From Takakia lepidozioides (taxonomy: Eukaryota; Plantae; Bryophyta), in assembly GCA_030704615.1 (NCBI GenBank), contig CM060731.1, positions 24,490,001 to 24,554,000 of the forward strand: a stretch of 64,000 nt of DNA. The letters run 5' to 3'. The notes below the pieces were generated by a model, which saw nothing but the letters and a program-made list of their open reading frames with translations, made no database searches and was not told the origin of the DNA. Position 1 is the first letter of the stretch. The number at the start of each line of letters is the position of its first letter. Positions 24,011-37,295 of the stretch are shown here, piece after piece. The translations under genes were made by a program, and so were the position numbers.

Positions 24011-24781
24011 CAGATTGTGCAACTTTCTCATTCTGACTCGCGCATTTTTCCTCTCTCTCACACTCGTGAAGTAAAGGGATTGCCTTCTACGTCTTCTTAC
24101 TATGTCTTCTCTCTCACTCCCGCAGCTCTCCAGCTTGACTAACAACAATCGAGAAAGTAAGGAACCCTGTAAAGCCGTCAGTTATGCATGTGGTTAAGGA
24201 CATGCGTGTCTACCCTATAACCCCCCAAATGGATCGATCTCACTGGCTGCGGCTTATTGGGCGCCCCTAATGCCATCAATATTGCCGAGTTCTTCAAATG
24301 TAGATGTTCTCTGATTTGGATGAAATATTGCGCACATGAGGCATGCCATCGCCCTATCATACACGGATTTTGCCTTCTTCAAAACGAAAACATACATAAT
24401 GTCAGGAATGCCATGTCCGCGTTCATCCGGCGTCGGATATTTCCCGGGTTTGGCACTCAATGCACTGTCCGGGTTCACGTTGTGGAACGCCGCAAAACGC
24501 AAATTGGATTGCAATATCCAAGACGGCGCCGTCTTTTCCCGGTGGTGTGACACTGACAAAATAAACAGTTTTGTTCCCTTCTCCATCAATTTGGCAACTG
24601 CCCAACTGTTTTGGCGGTGTGGTTCAATACCCTCACAAGTTGTTGGTTAATGTGTGGGGCCAGTTGTACAACTGCCTCTTGCCTTAGCAAACACTTTTGG
24701 GATTTGGCAATCGCCTTCGGAAGGTTTTTACCTGTCCATGTCGCACAGTTGTATTGGTACTCACCATCGTATGTTCACCAC

Positions 24782-27700
24782 ATGGCTTCTCCTAATGATG
24801 TGGCCTTCGCCGAGTTTCAGTATACTGAAGAGTCTTGCCCTTTCAGTGCCGCGGTTGAAGATGATGGTTTTGCTGTGGTGGAGGAGCATGTTCTGGCAGC
24901 AAGGTTCAAGCTTGACATTGGTTGTGTTACTGTCGAGAAAGAGATCTATGACTTGGAGGGAAACGTTCAAAGAACGTTGTTCCAGAAACTGCACGTTGCA
25001 GAGAAACACAAGGAATGGAGAGTTCTCCCTGGAAAATATCGTGTGTTCTGAAGCAAAAGGAGACAATCCGGTGGCTCCATTGTCACTCCTGGGACAGCTG
25101 CCTCTATCGTTCAAGGAAAGCGGCATGCGACTGTGAAGCAGGAGGACACCACTTCAACAACTTTTGTGACACTGTCGGATTCCTCGGATGATGAATTGGC
25201 AGAAATACTGGCTCCCATGAACAGTCTTCCTGAAGGGGACGTCGATGTTCAGGAAATCAATAGCGTCATCCCACATCTGAAAGCATTGTCAGGAAAACCA
25301 GGATCCAAAAACAAGATCGCAGGGATACTGTGGGATTAAAAAGGGTTCCTTTCCTTCCACCTTCCTTCAACGGTGACATCCTCTTTGAGCTGAATCCAGC
25401 AACTTGTGCTGGGGGCCTCTCAGGTCTCTTGCAAGGAATGGATAAAAAGCATGATGGCCATCCATGGTGTAGAACCAAAACGTCCAATATCCACAACGAT
25501 GTAAACTTGACATTCAGAAGGAGCGTTTGTGTGGGGCATCTGAGATGTGTGAATGCAAGTTGTCAGCGTTTCATGAAGAGCGGTGCTAAAAATGAGAGTG
25601 AGTGGGAAGGACTCTCTGACAATCTTTTTATCCCAGACTGTGCCCCACCGTCTGCCAGTACATTTGTTTGTAAGTTCTGCAAGGTGGCCCCCTCATGCAT
25701 TGCACATTGCCCTGCTCGCATGTACTACGTTACTCACCGTTGCAAAACCATGACTCGAGCCTACATTCATTTTGGGACTCACGACCATCCTGTGTCTCAC
25801 GGCGATTGTTGAGATAGTGTGGAGTTGGCGCGTGGGCTTGTCGTGGAGGAGTTTGCAAAGTCCCCTTCAGCCAAACCATCTGCCATAGCGCTGGCTGCCA
25901 GCAAAAGTTTCCTAGAGAGGCACATTCTTGGGCAAGGAAGCGAATGCAGCTCAAGACTTGAGGGGGCGTCTTTGGATGCAGTGATGGATCACTTCTCCGT
26001 GTTGAGCTCCCCCAATATTAGGAATCAGGTGAATGCATTGAGAGTGCGCGGTGGAAACACAGGGTCCATCGACAACATTATGGAGCTCAAGCGCATAAGT
26101 CAATATGACTTTATCCAATCTAGCGTCTTCCCGGGTCAAAGGTTTACTTGTTCAAGATGTCTACGGTGGGCGAGGGCAGTGGCGTCAGCCTGGCCAGACG
26201 TATGCAACAAGGGGGGGATCTGGAGAAAGCCTGGATGATGTTCGATCATTGCAAACGAGTGAAGGGCTGGACAACCATGTCTTGCCATGTTTACGACCCA
26301 AACTACCAAAGAATAATGACAATTGCCATCTGTGACATGTAGTCTGAAGATACAGAGTCCCAGATGATAATGTGGAATTGTTTGCTTTCAGTCATGGAGT
26401 CCAATGGACATATAGGCATAAAATTCAACGGATTTATGGCGGATAGTGCACAGGCTAACTTCAACGCTGTGCGCCGAATTTTTGGATCTGGTGATCCAAA
26501 GGTACCCATGCCTAATAGGGAGCGCACATGTCTATTCCACTGGACTCAGTCCCTACAGAAACATACAAAGAAGTGCATCAGAAGATATCTGCAAGCGGAG
26601 CATATGAGGCTCTGCTTCATGTACAAGAATGCAACAACAATGGAAGAGGCTGAGACCATGTACTAGACAGTGAGAGCATGGTGGTTCTCATCAGGGGCTA
26701 CTGATCAGGATGGTGTCAAAGATTTGGAAGACTGGTTGGTCTTCTGGCACTTCAGATACAGGCTATGGGGGGCTTTCATGACTACTGTAAGCTGCCTTTC
26801 ACCTCTGCAATCCCTTGTATGTGCCCAGTTTCTTTCCTTGTTCCCAGAATAGTCCGCGCTTGCATGAATGACGCTCTTTCATTTTCCTTTCACAGGACAT
26901 GTCCCTTGAGGACATTGCGGACATGCCGTCCTGCAACCTGGCAGAAAGCGTTCACGCCGCCTGGAAGCAGCAATCTGGCAAAGCAGGAAGAGATCTGTAC
27001 ATTGCTACAACAGATGATCTGGTACGAGCTCTAACCCAACAAACAAGATATCGTGACTTCTTGAGGGGCGATGTGGGGACAAGGGACCAGATACAGTAGA
27101 GTTGATGCTGAGGGCTGCAAGAAGGTCCGGGGAATTAACGAAGATGGCAAAGGCAGTGAACAGGTGCACAATGGGCTCGCCTCTCCAATAAAGGGAGCCC
27201 CATCTGGAAGGAGATGAAAGGTTCGGGACTTGCAAACGCAAGCTAAATACACCTCCAGGATCAGATGGGGATTTACATCGCCATGACAGAGACAACTTCT
27301 CTGTACTTAAGATTTCTCCACTACAAAGCATGGCGTCCAGTAGGAAAGAGGCTACTGGTGCTTCCTCTTCCACAGAGCTACCTGCAACCCCTGTAATTGC
27401 GGGTTTCCAGCAGGACCACAGGGGGGCAGTGTAGGAGTCACCTTGTGCTGACTCCGAATGGCACATCGAGCGAACTACTCCAGGGTCTAGAGTTGGCTGC
27501 GCTGCAGTGAGGGCCATTAGTTATGAAAAGTGTAAGTCCAGGATAGCCAAAGACTCGGCGGGTACTCCAGCTCCGACGTTCACAGGTTTGATTCGGCCAC
27601 ATATGTCAAAGGAGTTGACGATGCACAAATTCTGGTTCTGCCCGGACGCAGCACTGGAGATTGGCAAGTTGGAGGACGCCGGCTTTCGTCTGCACCGATC

Positions 27701-28172
27701 TGTGGCGTCGACTCTTGGTGGCCTTGCTGCTATGGTGCCTCCTCCAGACGATACTTCGCATCCCACAAGAAAGAATGGCAAAACAGTGCATCGGGTGGCT
27801 TCGGGGCCTGATCATGATGCGAAGGTGGAATCGGCCAGACTACTTCAGGCTCGGGTAACAGGAACTATGGAAGTACCTTCACCTGGGCATGGACGGGTTT
27901 ATACTTTGGTCACATCTGGGTCTGTTTTGCACGACAGGGCCTATCAAGTGACGGTGGGAAATTTTCCGGGGTGTACCTGTCCTGACTTCGTGTGCATGCG
28001 TGAGGAAGCTCTAGGAAAGAGAGGGAAATGGGTTCCCTGCAAGCATCTTTACTACATCTTTTTGCGCAGGATGTATTGTGATCCCAAAAGAGACCAAATC
28101 ATTCACCAGGCGACACTAGGTCCTGGTGAGGTACAGACACTTTTGCAGCGAGACATTGGCAATATCGAGTAG
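24782..28172 (+). pseudogene. MULE-family transposase of element B (GCM-like/MULE/SWIM), multiple stops and frameshifts
   Basis: MDKKHDGHPWC; WMMFDH; FNGFMADSAQANFNAVRRIF..CLFHW; MPSCNLAESVHAAW; SWIM CTCPDF..PCKHLYY. Intron about 26787-26895 lies at the same position as in element A. Confidence 0.9.
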
Positions 28173-28504
28173 TATTGCATATGTTGCGATTTTTCGCAAT
28201 GTCGGAAAGGGCTGCCTTGTTGGTAGAACATGTATACACAACTCTTAAAACTGGACAAGCAGACGATGTCTCGTTTTGAAAGGTAGTTTATTTTTTCATT
28301 GGGTTTGGTTAACGAGCCTCTAAAATTGAGTGCGTCAACGCACACCACTTTTGCCCCCACCCCCAATATTTCCCCAGGCAAAAACCAAAAAAAAAAAAAA
28401 AAAAAAAAAAAAACTTTGTTTTGTTCGCGGGCCTGCCAAACATGGACAAGTGTCAGTATGAAAGCTCATTTTATTTTTTGACGGCCTCTACAGAAGCATT
28501 GCGT

Positions 28505-29400
28505 AAATGAGCTTCATGATGACCATCTGTTTTTTTTTTCCACTTCATCTGGAATAACAGGCACCTGAACAAGTTTCACAATGACAGCTCATTTGTTTTC
28601 CACGTCCTCTATACAAACAAACCCTAAATAAGCATTCATGATGACCATATGATTTTTTTTTTCACCTCTTCTTCAATAACATAAACCTGAAGAAGTTTGA
28701 CAATGATAGAGCTCAAGTTTTTTTTTCACCTCTTCTTCACAAACAATCCCTAATTTATTCATGATGACCATCTGATTTTTTTTTCACCTCTTTTTCATCA
28801 ACAAAAACCTGAACAAGATTGACAATGATAGAGCTCAATTTTTCCTCTTCTTCACAAAGAAACCCTAAATAAGCATTCATGATGACCATCTGGGTTTTTT
28901 TCACCTCTTCTTCAATAACAGAAACCGAAGAAGTTTGACAATGGTAGAGCTCAAGTTTTTTTTTCACCTCTTCTTCTATAACAGAGACCTGAAGAAGTTT
29001 GACAATGATAGAGCTCAACTTTTTTTTCACCTCTTCTTCACAAACAAAGCCTAAATAAGCTTGAAGATGGTCATCTGTCAAATTTTCACCTCATCTACAT
29101 TAATAAAAACCATTGCCTATTTCACAATGAGTGGTCATATTTTGGGGCCTGTTCTTGCCCATCCTCATTATTTTATCTCCTTCAATATTTCATACATCCA
29201 TCATTCATCCACCATGGATGAAATACTGGAACGTCAGATAGCTTGACAATGAGCATCCAAACTTTTCTTGCCTCTTGTTCATGCAAGAATCCCTAAGTAA
29301 GATTCATGATGACTCACCCAGCCTGTTATTTCACCTCTTCTTCAATAAGAAAACCTCGGTAACTTTCACAATGACCATTCCATGTTTTCTATACCTCTTT
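28505..29400. repeat. Degenerate AT-rich tandem array (~60/120-bp units) near the right end of element B
   Basis: Recurrent TTTTTTCACCTCTTCTTCA, GACAATGATAGAGCTC and CATGATGACCATC. Confidence 0.85.
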
Positions 29401-29570
29401 TTTTAAGCGCTATAACTGCTTCCACGACAATAGGACCCTCTCTAAACAGAGGACTCAGGTATGGGGCCTGCTTCTTCCTCCACTAAACCCTTGGGCTCAC
29501 GCTTAGAGGGCAAAGCGTGAGCCGAGCTCCCGGGCTCACGCGGCTAGGCTCACGCCGTAGCTGCGCTCCG

Positions 29571-30772
29571 AAATCGGGTGACTCCTACCCAAGGGGCCAG
29601 GAAACTTGCACCTTCGTTGGGAGTTCACGTGCTAGTGTGCACCTGGCGCGTGCGCGTACTATAACTGCGCTACCGAGGGGGTTGCCTTGTAGTGCGGGCT
29701 AACGCGGAAGCTACGTGCTTCCGTTCACATACTATAATCGTGTAGCCTCGGAACGAAATCATAGTGCGGCTTCGGCGTGTTTCCGTACCTCAGGCCAGCA
29801 TTCCAAGGCGGACCCAATTGTAGTGATTGCAACGTTCAAGGTTATCTTCCTAGTAAAAAAAGGGTTCAAGGCGAACCCTTGCTCAAGGTGATGCCAGAAG
29901 CGACATCACGAGCGGTCACAAGCAAATGTTGTTGCAGTAAGGCGATTCGATCCTCGGGGAGGATCATTCCTTGGCCCTGAAGTGGGTCAAGAAGAGTGCA
30001 CTGGGAGGAGCTTGAGAAGCTCCGCCCTTGGCCTGGGACTTGGAGGAAGTCGGCCGAACTAGCTAGTGGAGAGTAGAGTCAAGTGGGGGTTTGGTTCTTT
30101 GTCATGGGACGCCATGGTACGGAAACAAACTCCTTGATGTAGGACGCCACAACTTGGATGTTCGTTTCTACAAAATGGACAAGTCGATGAGGACATCGAC
30201 TCCCTGTTGGCAGGGGTGTGTGTCGCGGCCCTTTGCCTTGAGGGCAGGGGGTCGGGACACGAGAGGGGCTGCCCCTGTGGTGGGAAGTGACAACAATAGA
30301 TGCGGGGGCTGAAGCACCCTTGAGTGTCCAAGGCACTCAAGGAGGCGGAGGCGCTCACTAGGTGGAGCCCCACACACCGGGTTGCGGTGGGGGTGGTTCC
30401 ACGAGGGGTGGTGGTAGCTTAGTGGGACTTAGTGGGGGTGGCATAGGACTCACCATGGGGGCAGAGACCTTGTGGTAGGAGTTGTGGGGAGTCTTGGGAC
30501 TCATCACGGTGACAAAAAACTAGTGAGTAAGCGTGCGAGCCGGAAAGCGACCAAGGTGTGGGGAGCTATTCCGGACTGCCATCGACCAAAGGGAATTTCC
30601 ACTAGGCCCAAATTGGGAGAGGGTCTTGTGGAGGAGTAAAGGGGGACCGTTATGTCCCGGTGAGCAGCCGAAGCTCCGAGTTGGCCTGGCGGCCAGTTAG
30701 GGAGTTAGACGCGCGCATCAAAGCGAGTAACTATGACTTGAAGGGGAGCTTACCGAAGTGAGGTGCGCGACA
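29571..30772 (+). repeat. Remainder of the chromovirus 3' LTR (inferred)
   Basis: Follows the element B TSD and ends GCGCGACA exactly where a 5'-truncated gag of another retrotransposon begins (30773). Confidence 0.5.
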
Positions 30773-31435
30773 TTGAGGAGCTTGCAAGAGTTCCAACGGA
30801 AGCCTACTGAGAGCTTGAGGGAGGCTTTCACTCGCATGAGGCACTTGATAAATGTAATCCAAGAGGTTATGGAGGCTCAGGCAGTCCAGTTCTGGTACGG
30901 GATATTGGACAAGGAGCTGAGGAGAAGGGTGCGGGATGCAACTCTCCTACAAGCGGCCCAACCCACCTTAGCAAATGTGTTTTTGCTGGTAGAGTGGATA
31001 GAGCTCAACATGGTGGAGGAACGAGTGGTCATGGTGGGATTTGCTAAGGAGGCACCATGGGGAAGTGGTGCTCCTAGCCAGCCACTACCTCAACGTGCTC
31101 AAGGCAACAAGGGGGCTCAGGTGAAGCCCAGGGAAGGGCAGAGAGGACCTCAAATGCAGGGGTCTCTCCCTTCGTTTGCTGGCCAACAACGGGCGGATGT
31201 GGTGTGTTGGACATGTGGAGGATCCCATGTCAAGAAGGATTGCCCAAAGAGAGGCAATGGTTTGGCACCGACACAGCCTGCACAATTGCAGTGTGGGCAT
31301 TGTGGCAAGTACGGGCATGAAGAAGCCCAGTGCTATGGTTTGCATCCTGAGTTGCGCCCAGGCCAGTTCCAAGGGAACAATGGTGGCCGGGGGCGAGGTG
31401 GAGCAGCCCAGAGAGGACGAGGTGGCCAGGCTTGA
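30773..31435 (+). pseudogene. gag (5'-truncated) with two zinc knuckles
   Basis: FQRKPTESLREAFTRM; CWTCGGSHVKKDC; CGHCGKYGHEEAQC; colinear with the gag at 52060-53463. Confidence 0.9.
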
Positions 31436-32245
31436 GGTGTAGGCCAAGGGCAAGCTCAACATGGCCAAGGACGCGGAGGTCAGGGTGGTGACCAAGGCAT
31501 GGCCAACCGGCTTTAGCAGCTAGAGCAGAGGCTCGCTGCCATGGCCACAGCTCAGGTGGTACCGGCTCCAAGGCCGGATGGTCCACCTCCTGCTCCTGAG
31601 GGAGGAGACATGGGAGACATGGGATTCATGTGCGGGGCAGCACTACCACTAGTGCAAGTGGAGTCAGCTGCGGCAGTGATTCGAGGAGCAGCACGAGTTC
31701 CTGAGCCACGAGGTGCAGAGGTGGAGTTGGATCCACAGCGTGGGGAGGCAAGCTGTCAGGCCAGGCTTCCTCAGTCATTCACATTGGTTGAGACAGTGTC
31801 GATGCCGTCCATGGCACCTAGTTCTCGCTCAACTGTTACCGAGGCGGAGGTTACTATATCATTGGGGAGAGCTACACGGGCAGCACCACTACCTAGTGTT
31901 GCCAAGGCTACGGCAGCTAGTGTACTGCTAGGGGCGGCCACATCTATGTGCCAGGCTCCATTGTTCTTGGCTACCATGATTACGACGTCGGGGGTAAGAC
32001 CAGCTGAGGTGTTCAGGCTGGCAGCTACACTCTGTGAGAGTGAGGAGGTTACTTCATCTTCTGCGGAGATAGTGGGAGGTATAGTGCTGGAGGGATCCTC
32101 GGATGTGAGGGTCAAGACTGCCACGGCAACGCCATGGCAAGCTGCAACTGCCAGGTTGATGGAGCTGCCAGCAAGGCCAGCCATTGAGCGCGCCATGGTG
32201 ACACCTAGAGTTGTCATGTTAGACAACTAGGATGACATTTTCTGT

Positions 32246-32644
32246 TTGAGTGGACCGGCAGGCAAGAGGTACCGGTTACTGCGGGTCTTGTTGGACTCGG
32301 GAGCTCAGCCATGGATGCTGGGCAGAGCTGCTATTGCAGGCTTGGGCCTCACGGAGGCGGATATGGAGCCATGCCCTTTCCTGATACAGACATCTCTGGG
32401 AGGATCAGAGCAGGCTCGGGGCATGACACGGCGTGAGTTGGCTATCATACTACAGCCGGATCATCCTACAGATGGCTCAGTGATAAGAGCCAAGGCCATT
32501 GTGACAGACGCGGTCTCGTACGATGTCCTTGCTGGTGGGGCACTGTTGTACCCCATGGACTTCACCCTGGATTTTTGGGAGGAGTTAGCTTCCTATAGGC
32601 CTGGATGGCAGTCAGGGGAGGCCGGCGTGTGCAGCTCTCTGTGA
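32246..32644 (+). pseudogene. Retrotransposon aspartic protease
   Basis: RVLLDSGAQP ... YDVLAG. Confidence 0.85.
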
Positions 32645-33000
32645 CCTTCGTAGGAGGAGTTGCGGTTGCCCAACGAGGCAAGATGCCGACACTGGCAGCA
32701 TTCACAGCTGCAGTAACTTGGCCTGGAGAGTTGTTGGATGGCAACAATTCAGAGGATGTGTCACCTCTGGGAGAGCAGGATGACATGTATGGTATGGCGG
32801 AGTTGTCTGCCATGGTTGCTCACACTCCATTGTGGGGCACGAGCAAGGATTTGCAGCGGGTTACTGATCGACGGGTGCAACAAGCCTGGGTAGAGGCTTT
32901 TGTACCGTCAAGAGAGGAGGATATTGCAGGGATTGCACCAGGACCACCTCAGTTGTCACCATTGGACACCGCACCGATTGTGTGGCAGTGTTCGGATGAA

Positions 33001-33900
33001 GGCATTTGCCTTTTGGATTTGCTTGGCGGGATCAGCACCGGATTGGCTGCTGTTCTATAGGCAGGTGTACGAGTTCGGCGTTACCTCTATGTGGAGAGGG
33101 ATGAGACTGCATGACACGTCTCCCTACGCCATGTTGCTCAGTTGGTGCAGTAGTACCCTGAGTTGTTGCCGGTGTATGCGGTTCGTGGATATCAACAGGC
33201 CTTGCCAGCACACATTTTGTTGCTGGGGGCGCAGGATTTGGAGCGGGTTGGCTCCATTGATATGGTAGTGGCAGGTTGGCCCTGCCAAGGGCATTCATCA
33301 GCCGGGCATGGCAATGGATTGCGAGACTCGAGGTCGGGTCTGTTTTGGGAGATGGTGCGGGTCTTGTGCCATTTACAGCTTCATCGAGCTGTATCTCCAG
33401 CATACATCTTGGAGAATGTGCCACTGATGGGCAATTCTCGGGCCAGGGTGATGGCCAGTGTGCATCAAGTCCGGTCGTGGCTTGGGTCAGCAGTGTTGAT
33501 GGATGCAGCTGCACTGGGGTCACAGGCTCATCATCTACGACTATGCTCAAGCGTGCATTTGATGGGGTGCAGCGGCCAGCACACCTCACAGTGGATAGCA
33601 TTTTGGACATAGGGAGGCAGTCTCAACGTATGAGACACGATGACCGTTCGCCTTTGGCAATGGTCAACAAAGTGGGTCATCCACGAGTAGCACTACCTAC
33701 ACTACTCAGCTTTCCAGGATCGCATGCTTCCCGGGATAGTGGACCTGGCCTCCTGTGGGATGCTCAGCTGCAGCAGTTAGTGGAGCCTAATGCCGACGAG
33801 CGAGAGCGGGCTATGGGTTTTTCCACTGGGACCACGGCGGTGCCTTCTCTTTCTGAGGCATCACGTCGTTAGGTGTTGGGGCAAGCAATGGATCTCAATT
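33001..33900 (+). pseudogene. DNMT3-like cytosine-5 DNA methyltransferase domain inside the polyprotein
   Basis: Motif I ICLLDLLGGISTG; IV IDMVVAGWPCQGHS; VI YILENV; VIII DAAALGSQAHHLRL; IX-X ERERAMGFS..RR(Q)VLGQAMD. Confidence 0.92.
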
Positions 33901-34382
33901 GCTTGACCTGGATTATCAGCTTGGCTATAGCTGAGCAAAGTAGAGTGCGGAGTGCACTTCCCTTGACGGTCTCTCTGCCTACCGAGACGGTATAGGCAGT
34001 GAGTGGGGGCGAGCCGGTGAGGACCATGGGGTGCAGACATCCATGGCACACATGGGAGGTGCTCGAGGTTCGGAGGGAGTTGGCAGCCAAGGCGGTTGTG
34101 ATGGATGAGGTTGGGGATTCTTCTCGGGTTGAGGAGGTCCTCAAGGATGAGATGATGGGGCAAGATGAGGCCTTGTCATTGACTGAGCAAGCAGGGAGTA
34201 CTGCTCATGAGGTTGCGGCATAGCAACCACGGGACGCGTCCTCTACCTCTAAGTCTGCTGGACTTAAGGTTACGGTTACGGAGGACAATTGGGAGCCTGA
34301 CATTGGACCCATTGTCAGTGGAGGAGAGAGACGACGTATACGGCGGTTCCTGAGGGCTTACAGGAATTGCTTTGCCATCAGT

Positions 34383-37295
34383 TTGAAGGATTTGGGAGCA
34401 CTGAAGGGTCAGGAGATTTGTATTGAGTTGGCCATGGACACGCCACTCTTTCGGAGACCCTATAGATACAGTGACATGGAGAGGTCTTTGATTCAGATGA
34501 GGACTCAAGATCTCTGGGAGGCTGGTTTGGTGGAGTTCTCTGGTGGAGAATATGCTTCAGCCATGGTGATGCCAGCCAAGAAGGATGTCTATGGCAATTG
34601 GACGGAGAGACGTATGTGCGGTGACTACCGACCTGTAAATCGTTAGACCAAGTCCGATAAGTATGCCATGCCCACACCTGAGGAGATCTTTGATGCCATT
34701 GGGCATGCTAAGGTCTTTAGCACTCTGGACTTGCGGTCCGGATATCATCAGTTGCCGATCAAGGAGGCGGACAAGCAGAAGACGACATTCTGGGGGATCA
34801 ATGAGCACGGGAAGGATTGCCTATATCAGTGGCGGTTCTTACCATTCGGGATAAGAACGCTCCTGCAGAATTCCAGAGAGTCATGGAGAGGATTCTAGCA
34901 GGGGTGGACTTTGCTCGGTGCTACAAAGATGACATCATCATCTGTAGTGCTACGGTGGAGGAGTACGAGAGACACCTTCAAGTGGTGTTTGAGTGCTTGA
35001 GAGCGCACGGATTGAAATTACATCCGGGGAAGTGCAAGTTCTTCCACAACCAGATTGAGTATCTGGGCCACATGATATATCGTGGAGGATTGGGGGTGCA
35101 GCAGACTAAGGTAGAGGCCATTGCACAGATTCCACGCCCTACGGATGTGAGCTGAGTTCGAGCTTTGATGGGGTTGGCAAACTACTATAGATGGTTTTTC
35201 AAGGGATTTAGTGCTATTGCAAAGGCTCTAACCAAGCTGACCAAGGTAGACCAGGAGTGGCGGTGGGAAGATGAGCAAGAGCGAGCTTTTCAGGAGCTCA
35301 AGGCGAGGTTGACCAAGGCGAGGTTGACCTCGGGGCCCATCTTGAGACGACCTATCAGGGGGCGTCCCTTTCAGCTGCATACAGATTGGAGCATGCTGGG
35401 GCTTGGAGCGGTGATCACATAGGTGGATGATGAGGGAAGAGAGTTTGTAGTGGCTTATGTTAGCCGCTCGAACAACACTGCAGAGTCTAAGTATAGCTCA
35501 TATGAGGGGGAGTGCTTAGCTGCAGTGTGGGCCGTGGCATACTTCAGGTGCTATCTATACGACAATCTCTTCACTCTTGTCACAGATCACCAGCCACTCA
35601 AGTGGTTGATGGAGTCAGATAAGCTTACGGGGAAGCTTGCATGGTGTACACTTATACTCCAAGAGTATGACTTTCAGGTTGTGCATCGACCGGGTTTGGT
35701 CAATAGGGATGCAGTCGCAATCCATGCACGAACTCGGTGGCATGGTGAGACGGACGAAGAGATGGTGTCGGGATAATATGCAACTGCATTTTTGTGTATC
35801 TTGGCATCGGGAGGTCAGGTTGGACCTACAACAGGGATGATTGTAGACAGAGTGTCTGAGGACCCTGAGGCTAGTGATGAGCCAGGTGGTACCAGAGATA
35901 TACATGAGGATTCGGTTGTGTTGGACTACCTCCGTACTGGAGACACGACAGCCACTGTGACTGACAGGGAGATGGATCAGATTCTACAACAAGCCAAGAG
36001 GTTCAAGTGGGAGGGGATACACCTGCTTCGAGTGTGAGAGGACGATGAGGTGAGGATCGTGCCTCACCCAACACAACGTGCACGGTTAGTGCGGCATGCC
36101 CATGAGGAGTTGGGGCATTTTGGAATGCGACGCACTCATAGTTTACTGCAGGGGCAGTATTGGTGGCGTGGTATGCACACAGAGGTGCAACAGTTCGTGG
36201 CTAGATGCATGGTGTGTGACAGGGTGCGTGTTTCATTCAACGCCCCTACACCACAGTTGCATCCTTTACCCATCATGGGATTGGGCTACAGGTGGAGTCT
36301 GGACTTCGCAGGGCCGTTGCCACTGACGATGCGTCACCACAGATATGTGTTGGTGATGGTGGAGCACTTCTCCAAGTGGATTGAGTTGGTTCCAATTCCT
36401 GACAAGGCTAGTGAGGGGGCTGCGTATGCATTCTTGGATCGTATGCTTAGCCGATTCGGTGCTCCAGTTGAGGTACTCACGGACCAAGGGAGAGAGTTCT
36501 TGGGGGAGTTTCAGGCTTTGTGTAATAAAACCTTGATAGACCACCGTACCATTTCTCGGGATCATCCCGCGGCCGATGGCTTGGCAAAGAGAGTGGTTCA
36601 GAGAGGGAAGAGGGGTTTGCGCAAGTATGGCCTGCAAAAGGGACACCTAGGAGATTGGGATCTTCAGGTACCTTGGTTAGCCATGGGCTACAGGTTTACC
36701 AAGCAAGCATCACTTGTCTCCTTTTCACCATATTTCCTTCTCTATGGCCGAGAGCCGGATTTGTCTGCATCTATTCGCAGGGAGGCTGCAATAGTCCTCA
36801 ACCTTGATGATCCGGATGTGTGGACACAAGCATGTGCCTAGCGGGCAGAGTTGTTCAAGAGAGTCATGCCTATGGCTTTTAAAGAATCTTGCTATTGCCC
36901 AACACCGAGAAACATTGAGGTATGCCACTATACGCTGAGGGGGAAATCGGCCAGGTGTTCAGCATTTCCACCTTGGGGACTATGTGTATCTGCAACAGAC
37001 AGCGCCTACGACCTTGGATGTCACATCATGACGTGTGATTCTAAGGGTCAAGGAGGTGTTGCCTTCAAGAGTGTTGATTCTGGAAGGTCGAGATGGCATG
37101 GTATGGAAGGACCATGTGCGTAATTGTGCGCCATGTCACCTTCCACATGTGGATGGGAGGATAGATCCCAACCTTGCAGTGGTACCTGCAGGATTGCATT
37201 GCATGCTATGTGGGCATGCTCGTGGTGCCGCCACTATGTTGGTGTGTGATCGATGTTCAAGAGGTTGGCACATGGCATGCTTGACACCACCTCTT
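34383..37295 (+). pseudogene. RT, RNase H, integrase and C-terminal PHD finger
   Basis: ORF fragments 34383-35776 (RT/RH), 36050-36841 (IN) and 37035-37295 (CMLC..LVCDRCSRGWHMACLTPPL). Confidence 0.92.

Larger units (their letters stand above)
724..29570. mobile_element. Element B: Mutator-like DNA transposon with transposase and ParB-MTase genes (degenerate; contains nested element A)
   Basis: Left end GGGGGATGCTAGAGTGTGAGC (724-744) and right end GCTCACGCCGTAGCTGCGCTCC (29548-29569) form an imperfect TIR with subterminal GTGAGCC repeats. Flanked by direct repeat AAATCGGG (717-724, 29571-29578), so the ends are uncertain by about 1 bp. Contains divergent transposase and ParB-MTase genes. 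Confidence 0.75.
30773..37295 (+). mobile_element. Degenerate Ty3/gypsy retrotransposon: gag-PR-DNMT-RT-RNaseH-IN-PHD
   Basis: Two CCHC knuckles; LLDSGAQP protease; DNMT motifs; RT (RMCGDYRPVN, LDLRSGYHQ, YKDD); RNase H (LHTDWS, TDHQPLKW); integrase (HHCC, SLDF, TDQG); PHD finger. Confidence 0.93.

Noticed and set aside
28387-28413. Poly-A run as a retroposon tail
   Set aside because: No TSD or upstream LINE/SINE body recognisable.
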